Source: Burkholderiales bacterium (GTDB lineage: Bacteria; Pseudomonadota; Gammaproteobacteria; Burkholderiales; Burkholderiaceae_C). Taken from it: a stretch of 64,000 nucleotides of DNA. A program made the position numbers and the translations under genes. Below the pieces are notes generated by a model. It did no database searches. It saw only the letters and a program-made list of their open reading frames with translations, and was not told where the DNA came from. This document shows, piece after piece, positions 56,582 to 64,000 of this stretch (positions within the stretch are counted from its first letter, which is position 1; each line of letters starts with the position of its first letter). Location: the NCBI GenBank assembly GCA_026400275.1, contig JAPLPK010000022.1:475-64474 (forward strand), written 5' to 3'.

Positions 56582-56702
56582 CCCCGCTGCAGGCTGAACG
56601 CGCGCATTCCAGAAACACCGCAGAACTGGCTTTGCCAGGCTGCTGGTGTTGCCCCCTGCAAGGGGGTTGGCGAAAGATGCGCAGCACTGTAGCCTGGGGG
56701 TG
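56582..56702. other. Multi-stem structured element (REP-like repeat or cis-regulatory RNA)
   Basis: Nested stems 56582-92/56687-99, 56614-23/56640-50, 56626-30/56634-38 and 56652-57/56661-66. Confidence 0.55.
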
Positions 56703-56713
56703 AGCCATAACCT

Positions 56714-57460
56714 ATGCGCCGCTTGCGCCATCTTTCTAGCCATCACCGCACCCCGGCTACCAACCGGCTGCTGGGTGGCCTGCTGGCGTTCAACGCGGGG
56801 GCCATCAACGCCGGGGGCTTTCTGGTGGTGGGCATGTACACCTCGCACATGAGCGGTTTTGCGTCCATGGTGGCCGACAACCTGGTGCTGGGCCAGTTCA
56901 CCTTGGTGTTAGGCGCGCTGGGTACCTTGCTGGCCTTCACCTGCGGCGCGGCCACCACGGCAGTGCTGGTCAACTGGGCGCGCCAGCACCATTTGCGTAG
57001 CGCCTACGCCTTGCCCTTGCTGTGCGAGGCGCTGCTGATGCTGGTGTTCGGCCTGATCGGCGCCACGCTGAACCGCCAAACCCCGTTTGCCGTGCCGCTC
57101 ACTGTGCTGGTGCTGGCCTACACCATGGGCCTGCAGAACGCGCTGATCAGCAAGATCTCCCTGTCGCAGATCCGCACCACCCACATGACCGGCGTGGTGA
57201 CCGACCTGGGCATTGAGCTGGGCAAGATGCTCTACATGAACCGCCAGGGCAGCCCGGTCGAATCGCGCGTGCGGGCCAACCTCGTCAAGATGCGTCTGTA
57301 CGGCACCTTGTTAGGCGCCTTCGTCACGGGCGGGCTGGTGGGCGCCACCGGCTTCAAATACGTGGGCTTCATCTGGGTGGTACCGCTGGCACTGCTGCTC
57401 TTGGCCTTGTCGCTGCCGCCGCTGGTGGCGGACCTGGCCCGCCCGCGCCCGGTACGTTAA
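56714..57460 (+). CDS. YoaK/DUF1275 membrane protein
   Basis: AFNAGAINAGGF, YTSHMSG, MGLQNA, IRTTHMTGVVTDLG. Confidence 0.9.
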   Translation: MRRLRHLSSHHRTPATNRLLGGLLAFNAGAINAGGFLVVGMYTSHMSGFASMVADNLVLGQFTLVLGALGTLLAFTCGAATTAVLVNWARQHHLRSAYALPLLCEALLMLVFGLIGATLNRQTPFAVPLTVLVLAYTMGLQNALISKISLSQIRTTHMTGVVTDLGIELGKMLYMNRQGSPVESRVRANLVKMRLYGTLLGAFVTGGLVGATGFKYVGFIWVVPLALLLLALSLPPLVADLARPRPVR

Positions 57461-57466
57461 GCCAGG

Positions 57467-58105
57467 TTAAGCCACGTCCTGCGGCCGGGGGTGGCCGGGC
57501 ATCAGCGCATAGGGCGCGACCCAGCCCGGCTGGCCTTGGATGCGCTGCAGCCAGGCGCCAATTGCCGGGTAATCGGCCCAGTCCACGCCAAATTCAGCCG
57601 GCCAGAACAGGTAGCCGCATAGCGACAAGTCAGCCGTGGTCAGCCGCTCGCCCACTACGTATTGCCTGCCTTCCAGGTGCTGGTTCAGTATCTTCAGTGC
57701 TGCCACCATGCGCCCGCGCAAAAAGGCGGTGACCGGCGTTTCGCCCGTCTTGGCGAACTGCAGCTGGAAGCGCAGTGTGGCGATGTTGCTGGTCAGCTTG
57801 TGGTTGTCGAACAGGGTCCAGCGCAGTATCTCGCGGCGCTCGTCCTCGTTGGCCGGCGCCAGCTGCGGGAACTGTGCGGCCAGATAGTCCAGGATCACGC
57901 CCGACTGGCTGAGGCGCAGCCCGTTGTGCTCCAGTACCGGCACCTCGCCCATCACGTTGATCTCGCGGTAGGCCGGCGTGCGGGTTTCGCCGTTGAAGAA
58001 ATCGACAAAGCGCGGCGTCCATTCGGCGCCGCAGAGCTGCAGCGCCAGCGCCACCTTGTAGGCATTGCCCGACTGGGCGAAACAATAAAGTTGGTAAGCG
58101 GCCAT
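57467..58105 (-). CDS. Glutathione S-transferase
   Basis: SGNAYKVALAL, NVMGEVPVLE, LSQSGVILDYLA, TTADLSL. Confidence 0.92.
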   Translation of the reverse strand: MAAYQLYCFAQSGNAYKVALALQLCGAEWTPRFVDFFNGETRTPAYREINVMGEVPVLEHNGLRLSQSGVILDYLAAQFPQLAPANEDERREILRWTLFDNHKLTSNIATLRFQLQFAKTGETPVTAFLRGRMVAALKILNQHLEGRQYVVGERLTTADLSLCGYLFWPAEFGVDWADYPAIGAWLQRIQGQPGWVAPYALMPGHPRPQDVA

Positions 58106-58157
58106 GGTGTCTTTCGGGTGGGGTGGGCTGAATGCGCCATCGTAGCCGCAACTCTGG

Positions 58158-58213
58158 ATGCTCTGTTTTTGATAGCTGATAGTGCACAGGGAATATGCGC
58201 TGGAAGGCTTTTT
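58158..58213 (+). repeat. Dispersed double-hairpin repeat, copy 12
   Basis: ATGCTCTGTTTTTGATAGCTGATAGTGCACAGGGAATATGCGCTGGAAGGCTTTTT. Confidence 0.75.
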
Positions 58214-58292
58214 GTCGTCCATGCCAATCGGGCCAACTCCGTGAACCCCCGTATTAGGGCAAGTCCTAGTCCTTATTTTCTGGAAATGAAAG

Positions 58293-58317
58293 ATAGTTCG
58301 TGCGGCAGTCGAACTAA
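58293..58317. promoter_or_regulatory. ROK-family XylR operator
   Basis: ATAGTTCG-N9-CGAACTAA with perfect 7-bp arms; resembles the Firmicute XylR site TTAGTTTG-N9-CAAACTAA; 86 bp upstream of xylF. Confidence 0.72.
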
Positions 58318-58403
58318 GTGGTTTTGCGGAATTCCCGCCGCTGCCAAGGTGCGTTGGGCCGTCCGCCTGCAGCCTCGTTGTTCCACAAAAACGGAGACAA
58401 AAC

Positions 58404-59432
58404 ATGAAGATCGCTATCAAACAGACCCTGTCCATCCTGGCGTTGGGCCTGGCCAGCAGCGCCGCTTTGGCGCAAATGACCGTGGGCGTCAGCTGGTCCA
58501 ACTTCCAGGAAGAACGCTGGAAGACAGACGAGGCCGCCATCAAGACCCAGCTGGAAAAGCTCGGTGCCAAGTACATCAGCGCCGATGCCGGTGGCTCGCC
58601 TGAAAAGCAGCTGGGCGACATCGACAGCCTGATGAGCAAGGGCGCGAAAGTGCTGATCGTGCTGGCCATGGACAAGGACGCGATCCTGCCCGCCGTCAAC
58701 AAGGCCACCAAGCAAAAAGTGCCAGTCGTCGCCTATGACCGCCTGATCGAAGCGCCCGGCGTGTACTACATCACCTTCGACAACAAGGAAGTCGGCCGCC
58801 TGCAGGCTGCCGCCGTGTTCAAGGCCCAGCCCAAGGGCAACTACGTGATGATCAAGGGCTCGCCCACCGACCCGAACGCCAACTTCCTGCGCGAAGGCCA
58901 ACAAGAGGTGATCGACGCCGCCGTGAAGTCCGGCGCCATCAAGATCGTCGGCGAGGAATATACCGACGGCTGGAAGCCCGAAGTCGCGCAAAAGAACATG
59001 GAGCAAATCCTCACCAAAAACGGTGGCAAGGTCGATGCCGTAGTCGCCTCCAACGACGGCACTGCCGGTGGCGTGGTCGCAGCGCTGACCAGCAAGGGCA
59101 TCAAGGGCATTCCGGTCTCCGGCCAGGATGGCGACTTTGCCGCGCTGAACCGCGTGGCCTTGGGCTCGCAAACCGTCTCGGTCTGGAAGGACGCACGTGA
59201 CCTGGGCCGCGAAGCCGCCAGCGCCGCCGTGGCACTGGGTAATGGCAAAAAAGTGGACGGCACGGTGAGCTGGAACGGCGGCGAAAAGAAGATCGCGCTG
59301 GACTCGCACTTCCTCAAGCCCGTAGCCGTTACCCGCGACAACCTGGACGTGGTGGTCAAGGCTGGCTGGATCAAGAAGGATGAGCTGTGCAAGGGCGTTG
59401 CTGCGGCAACCGCACCAGCGGCCTGCAAATAA
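58404..59432 (+). CDS. xylF: D-xylose ABC substrate-binding protein
   Basis: VSWSNFQEERWKTDE, AYDRLI, TFDNKEVG, GSPTDPNA, VSGQDGD. Confidence 0.93.
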   Translation: MKIAIKQTLSILALGLASSAALAQMTVGVSWSNFQEERWKTDEAAIKTQLEKLGAKYISADAGGSPEKQLGDIDSLMSKGAKVLIVLAMDKDAILPAVNKATKQKVPVVAYDRLIEAPGVYYITFDNKEVGRLQAAAVFKAQPKGNYVMIKGSPTDPNANFLREGQQEVIDAAVKSGAIKIVGEEYTDGWKPEVAQKNMEQILTKNGGKVDAVVASNDGTAGGVVAALTSKGIKGIPVSGQDGDFAALNRVALGSQTVSVWKDARDLGREAASAAVALGNGKKVDGTVSWNGGEKKIALDSHFLKPVAVTRDNLDVVVKAGWIKKDELCKGVAAATAPAACK

Positions 59433-59452
59433 CTCCCCGGTGCTGAAGCGCT

Positions 59453-59473
59453 CCGCCCTGCAGGCCAGGGCGG
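59453..59473. other. Hairpin after xylF
   Basis: CCGCCCTG-caggc-CAGGGCGG, 8-bp stem. Confidence 0.5.
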
Positions 59474-59512
59474 GCGCCAGCCTGGAGTCCTTTCTTCTTC
59501 CGGAACCCTGAT

Positions 59513-60712
59513 ATGAGCGATTCCCCCAACCCCTGGCAAAGTTCTTGGCGCCAGGCCAACATCGACTGGCGGCTGGTGCTGATGAGCCTGGTGCTGGCCG
59601 TGCTGGCCACCGTGTTTGGCCTGCTGACCGAAGGCATCTTCTTCTCGCCCGAGAACCTCTACAACATCGCCCAGCAGACGGCGGTGGTGGGCATCGTCTC
59701 TACCGTCATGGTGCTGGTCATCGTGGCCCGGCATATCGACTTATCGGTGGGCTCGGTGATGGGCTTTGTGGGCGTACTCATTGCCTATCTGCAGTACAGC
59801 GCCAACTGGTCCTGGCCCACGGCCTGCCTGGCTGGGCTGGCCGTGGCATTGGCCGCATCCATCTACCAGGGTTGGCTGACGGCGGTGCTGGGTGTGCCCT
59901 CATTCGTGGTCACGCTGGGCGGCCTGATGTCATTTCGCGGCGCGGCCTTTCTGGTGGCCGACGGCAAGACCCAGCCGGTAACCGATGAATTCTTTCTGCG
60001 CCTGGGTGGCGGCTACGACGGCGGCATAGGCACCACGGCCACCTGGTGGGTGACCGGCCTGGTCTGCCTGGCGCTGCTGCTGCGGGCCGTGCAAAAGCGC
60101 CGCTCGCGCCAGCGCCACGGCGTGGCCAACGACCCGCTGTGGATGGAGGCCCTGCTGACCGGCGTGCCCATCTTGCTGCTGTTGGCCTTTGCCGACACCA
60201 TGAACCACTACCTCATTTCCTCCAAGACCGAGCCGCAGGGCATACCGATACCCGTGCTGATCTGGGCCGTGGTGGCCGGCGCGCTGTCCTTCATCGTGCA
60301 CCGCACCCGCTTTGGCCGCTATGTCTACGCCATGGGCGGCAACCCCGACGCGGCGGCGCTGGTGGGCATTCCGGTGAAGCGCGTCACCTTGCAATTATTC
60401 GCGCTGCTGGCCGTATTGATTACGGTGGCAGCTATTGTTTCCATAGCGCGGCTGAACGCCGGCACCAACTCGCTGGGCACCGGCATGGAGCTGTATGTGA
60501 TTGCCGCGGCCGTCATCGGCGGCACGGCGCTGGCCGGAGGCAGCGGCTCCATCTTCGGCTCTGTCCTGGGCGCGCTGATCATGCAGTCGCTCGACAGCGG
60601 CATGCTGCTGCTGGACGTGTCCATCGGCAAGCGCATGGTGATCATCGGCCAGGTGCTGATCGTCGCCGTCGTTTTCGACGTGCTGTACCGCAAGTTCACG
60701 GGAGATCGTTAA
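59513..60712 (+). CDS. xylH: D-xylose ABC permease
   Basis: IDLSVGS, VPSFVVTLGG, TRFGRYVYAMGGN, ELYVIAAAVIGGT. Confidence 0.92.
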   Translation: MSDSPNPWQSSWRQANIDWRLVLMSLVLAVLATVFGLLTEGIFFSPENLYNIAQQTAVVGIVSTVMVLVIVARHIDLSVGSVMGFVGVLIAYLQYSANWSWPTACLAGLAVALAASIYQGWLTAVLGVPSFVVTLGGLMSFRGAAFLVADGKTQPVTDEFFLRLGGGYDGGIGTTATWWVTGLVCLALLLRAVQKRRSRQRHGVANDPLWMEALLTGVPILLLLAFADTMNHYLISSKTEPQGIPIPVLIWAVVAGALSFIVHRTRFGRYVYAMGGNPDAAALVGIPVKRVTLQLFALLAVLITVAAIVSIARLNAGTNSLGTGMELYVIAAAVIGGTALAGGSGSIFGSVLGALIMQSLDSGMLLLDVSIGKRMVIIGQVLIVAVVFDVLYRKFTGDR

Positions 60713-61492
60713 ATGACCGACCACTCCCAACCTTTAGTTCAACTGCGCGACATCCGTAAAGCCTTTGGCGGCGTGGTCGCTGTCGATGGCGTCAGCGTCA
60801 ACCTGTACCCCGGCGAGGTCGTAGCCCTGCTGGGCCACAACGGTGCGGGCAAGTCTACGCTGATGAAGATGCTGGCCGGCGCCTACCCCATAGACAGCGG
60901 CGACACCGTGATTGCCGGCCACAAGGTGCACATCCGCACCCCGGCCGAAGCCCAGGCCCAGGGCATAGAAACCATCTACCAAACCCTGGCCCTGGCCGAC
61001 AACCTGGACTCCGTCGCCAACCTGTTCCTCGGCCGCGAAAAGATGACCGCCTGGAACACGCTGGACGACCACTTCATGGAGGTCAACGCCCGCAAGGTCT
61101 TCGCCCGGCTGAACAAGAACTTCACCAACATCCGCGTACCCGTGCGCCGCCTGTCCGGCGGTCAGCGCCAGGTGGTTGCGATCTCGCGGGCGCTGTACTT
61201 CAACGCCCGCATCCTCATCATGGACGAGCCCTGCGCGGCCCTGGGCCCGGAGGAAACCGCCATGGTCGGCCGCCTGGTGCAGCAACTCAAAAGCGAAGGC
61301 GTGGGCATCTTCCTGATCACCCACGACATGCCGGACGTGTTCGGCCTCAGCGACCGCTTGGCGGTGATGAAGAACGGCAAGCTGGTCGGCACCTACAACA
61401 CTGCGGACGTGACCGAGGACGAGGTGCTGGGCATGATCATCACCGGCAAGCGGCCCGAGGGTAAGGCGCAGGCGGAGCGTGCGCAGAATTAG
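60713..61492 (+). CDS. xylG: Sugar ABC ATP-binding protein (single NBD)
   Basis: [25 protein letters not shown]. Confidence 0.9.
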   Translation: MTDHSQPLVQLRDIRKAFGGVVAVDGVSVNLYPGEVVALLGHNGAGKSTLMKMLAGAYPIDSGDTVIAGHKVHIRTPAEAQAQGIETIYQTLALADNLDSVANLFLGREKMTAWNTLDDHFMEVNARKVFARLNKNFTNIRVPVRRLSGGQRQVVAISRALYFNARILIMDEPCAALGPEETAMVGRLVQQLKSEGVGIFLITHDMPDVFGLSDRLAVMKNGKLVGTYNTADVTEDEVLGMIITGKRPEGKAQAERAQN

Positions 61493-61526
61493 ACTCAGGT
61501 CTTCTTTTGTTCACACGGCAACCCTT

Positions 61527-62684
61527 ATGAAGACTACCGGCGACCAACAACTCGTCAAGCGCATCAACCGCAGTGTGCTGCTGCGCCTGCTGCGCGCCCA
61601 GCCCGGCCTGTCGCGGGCCCGCCTGGCGGCCGAGAGCGGCCTGACCAAATCGACGGTCAGCCTGCTGGTGCGTGAGCTGCTGGACGACGGCTGGCTGACT
61701 GAGGCCGCCGAGCCGGTGAACGACGGCATAGGCCGCCCGTCCACCCCGCTGCGCATCCACGAAGGCGTGCGTGCGCTGATCGGCGTGGAGATCGCGGTGG
61801 AGGTGGTGCGCGTGGCCTGCGTCACGCTGCAGGGCGAGGTGCTGCACTCTGCCCAGCAGCCGCTGGCCAGCAATAGCCCCGGGCAGGCCGCGCAGCAAAC
61901 CGCGCGCATGGTGGCCACTGCCTATGAAGGCCTGCGGGCGCTGGACCTGCAGCTGGTGGGCGTGGGCGTGTGCACGCCGGGCGCCATCGACCACGACACC
62001 GGCCTGGTGCTATTCGCTCCCAACCTGGGCTGGCGCCAGCTGGACCTGCTGGACCTGCTGACCCGCGCCATGGCCAAAGCCGGCCTGCCGCCTGTGCCCG
62101 TGCAGCTGCAGAACGATGCGGACGCCGGCGCACTGGGCGAGTACGAATTCGCGCAGGGCGAGGGCGAAGACCCGCTGATCTTCGTCAGCTGCGACGTGGG
62201 CGTTGGCGCGGGCATTGTGTCCAACGACCGGCTGTTCACCGGCGCCCAGGGCATGGCCGGCGAAATCGGCCACACCATCATGCAGATCGACGGCCCGCTG
62301 TGCTCCTGCGGCCGCAAGGGCTGCGCCGAGGCCTTCATTGGCCTGCGTGCCCTGCGCAACCACCCCATGGACCTGAGCCGTTCCGGCCACTACCTGGGCG
62401 TGCTGCTGCAAAACCTGTGGACCACCTTCAACCCGCGCGCCATCGTAGTGGGCGGCAAGTCGTGTGACCGCCACCCTGAATTCCTGCAGGCCGCGCAAAA
62501 AACCGTGGCCGCCTACTCTGAGAGCGCCGGCATGACGCCACCCAGCATCCGCGTGGCCCGCTACGGCCCCATGGCCGCTGCCGTGGGTGCAGCCGCGCTG
62601 ACGCTGCATGAATACCTGCGGCCCATGCACCCCAATTCCGAAGCCCGGCGCGCGCGCGCGGGGCAGGCTCTTTCACCCCCTTAA
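61527..62684 (+). CDS. xylR: ROK-family xylose repressor
   Basis: INRSVLLRLL, SRARLAAESGLTKSTVS, NDADAGALGE, GEIGH, CSCGRKGCAE. Confidence 0.88.
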   Translation: MKTTGDQQLVKRINRSVLLRLLRAQPGLSRARLAAESGLTKSTVSLLVRELLDDGWLTEAAEPVNDGIGRPSTPLRIHEGVRALIGVEIAVEVVRVACVTLQGEVLHSAQQPLASNSPGQAAQQTARMVATAYEGLRALDLQLVGVGVCTPGAIDHDTGLVLFAPNLGWRQLDLLDLLTRAMAKAGLPPVPVQLQNDADAGALGEYEFAQGEGEDPLIFVSCDVGVGAGIVSNDRLFTGAQGMAGEIGHTIMQIDGPLCSCGRKGCAEAFIGLRALRNHPMDLSRSGHYLGVLLQNLWTTFNPRAIVVGGKSCDRHPEFLQAAQKTVAAYSESAGMTPPSIRVARYGPMAAAVGAAALTLHEYLRPMHPNSEARRARAGQALSPP

Positions 62685-62702
62685 CTTTCTTAAAGGACTT
62701 CC

Positions 62703-64000
62703 ATGGCTTCCTATTTCTCAGACATTGCCCCTATCGCGTTCGAAGGCCCCGCGTCCTCGAACCCGCTGGCCTTCAAGTGGTACGACCGCGACAGGCTGGT
62801 GCTGGGAAAGCGCATGGAAGACCACCTGCGGTTCGCCGCCTGCTACTGGCACAGCTTCTGCTGGAATGGCTTTGACCCGTTCAGCCACGACGGCACCTTC
62901 GAGCGCCCCTGGATGCGCATTGCCGACCCCATGGAAGCCGCCCGCGCCAAGGCCGACGCGGCCTTCGAATTCTTCGCCCGGCTCGGCGCCCCTTACTACT
63001 GCTTCCATGACCGCGACGTCGCCCCAGAAGGCGCCACCCCGCGCGAGAGTCTGAACAACTTGCACGCCATGGTCGACGTGCTGGGCGCCAAGCAGCAAGA
63101 CACCGGCATGAAGCTGCTGTGGGGCACGGCCAACATGTTCAGCCACCGCCGCTTCATGGCCGGTGCCTCTACCAACCCCGACCCGGCCATTTTCGGCATG
63201 GCCGCCCTGCAGGTGCGCGCCGCCATGGACGCCACCTTGAAACTCGGCGGTGAAAACTATGTGCTGTGGGGCGGCCGCGAAGGCTACGAGACCCTGCTCA
63301 ACACCCGCATGGGCCAGGAGCTGGACCAGATGGGCCGCTTCATGAACATGGTGGTCGAGTACAAGCACAAGATCGGCTTCAAGGGCACCATCCTCATCGA
63401 ACCCAAGCCCCGCGAACCCACCAAGCACCAGTACGACTACGACGTCGCCACCGTCTACGGCTTCCTGTGCCGCTACGGCCTGGAAAAGGAAATCAAGGTC
63501 AACATCGAAGCCAACCACGCCACTCTGGCCGGCCACAGCTTCGAGCACGAGATCGCCACCGCCATTGACCTGGGCATCTTCGGCAGCATCGACATGAACC
63601 GCGGCGACATGCAATGCCAGTGGGACACCGACCAGTTCCCCAACAGCATCCCCGACACCGCGCTGGCCATGTATTTGATCTTGCAAGGCGGCGGCTTTAC
63701 CACCGGCGGCGTCAACTTCGACAGCAAGGTCCGCCGCCAGTCCATCGACCCCGAAGACATGTTCTACGGCCACGTAGGCGCGATGGACGTCAGCGCCCGC
63801 TCTTTGCTGATAGCAGAAAAGATGATCAACGACGGCCGCCTGGAAAAGCACATCGCCGCCCGCTACGCCGGCTGGCAAGGTGCTGAGGCACAGAATATCC
63901 TGGCCGGCAAGGTCAGCCTGGACGCCCTGGCCGACCAGGTCCTGGCCAGCGGCGCCGACCCCCGCCCGGTCTCCGGCCGCCAGGAGTACATCGAAAACCT
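62703..64000 (+). CDS. xylA: Xylose isomerase (class II); runs off the right edge
   Basis: Manual translation: [65 protein letters not shown]. Confidence 0.96.
   Translation, partial: MASYFSDIAPIAFEGPASSNPLAFKWYDRDRLVLGKRMEDHLRFAACYWHSFCWNGFDPFSHDGTFERPWMRIADPMEAARAKADAAFEFFARLGAPYYCFHDRDVAPEGATPRESLNNLHAMVDVLGAKQQDTGMKLLWGTANMFSHRRFMAGASTNPDPAIFGMAALQVRAAMDATLKLGGENYVLWGGREGYETLLNTRMGQELDQMGRFMNMVVEYKHKIGFKGTILIEPKPREPTKHQYDYDVATVYGFLCRYGLEKEIKVNIEANHATLAGHSFEHEIATAIDLGIFGSIDMNRGDMQCQWDTDQFPNSIPDTALAMYLILQGGGFTTGGVNFDSKVRRQSIDPEDMFYGHVGAMDVSARSLLIAEKMINDGRLEKHIAARYAGWQGAEAQNILAGKVSLDALADQVLASGADPRPVSGRQEYIEN

Overview
GC-rich betaproteobacterial chromosome segment. Gene content and intergenic repeats point to Comamonadaceae (Rhodoferax-like); this is an inference. 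It holds about 53 CDS: a partial hybrid sensor kinase; a bauABR-like omega-amino acid cluster; a PtxS-regulated 2-ketogluconate (kguEKD) operon with a polar-amino-acid-type ABC transporter and an atypical shikimate-dehydrogenase paralog; glutamate decarboxylase with an AspT-family exchanger; an aldehyde dehydrogenase, dadA and argP; an AT-richer three-gene islet (44-aa-repeat protein, lipoprotein, orphan flgH); pckG; a double-AAA ATPase broken by an internal deletion; an EAL protein; recQ; split metH with an SAH riboswitch; a binding-protein/kinase/REC-GGDEF-EAL signalling operon; comM; glnK-amtB; and xylFHG-xylR-xylA (partial). Non-coding features include 12 copies of a dispersed ~55-bp double-hairpin repeat, a 145-bp MITE-like element, a ~120-nt structured element, a degraded Bug/TctC pseudogene, and recognisable PtxS, NtrC, sigma-54 and ROK-XylR sites. 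I saw no rRNA, tRNA, CRISPR array, transposase, integrase or phage genes. The best candidate for an undescribed system is the orphan flgH islet at 20659-22451. All assignments come from motif reading by eye; no searches were run.
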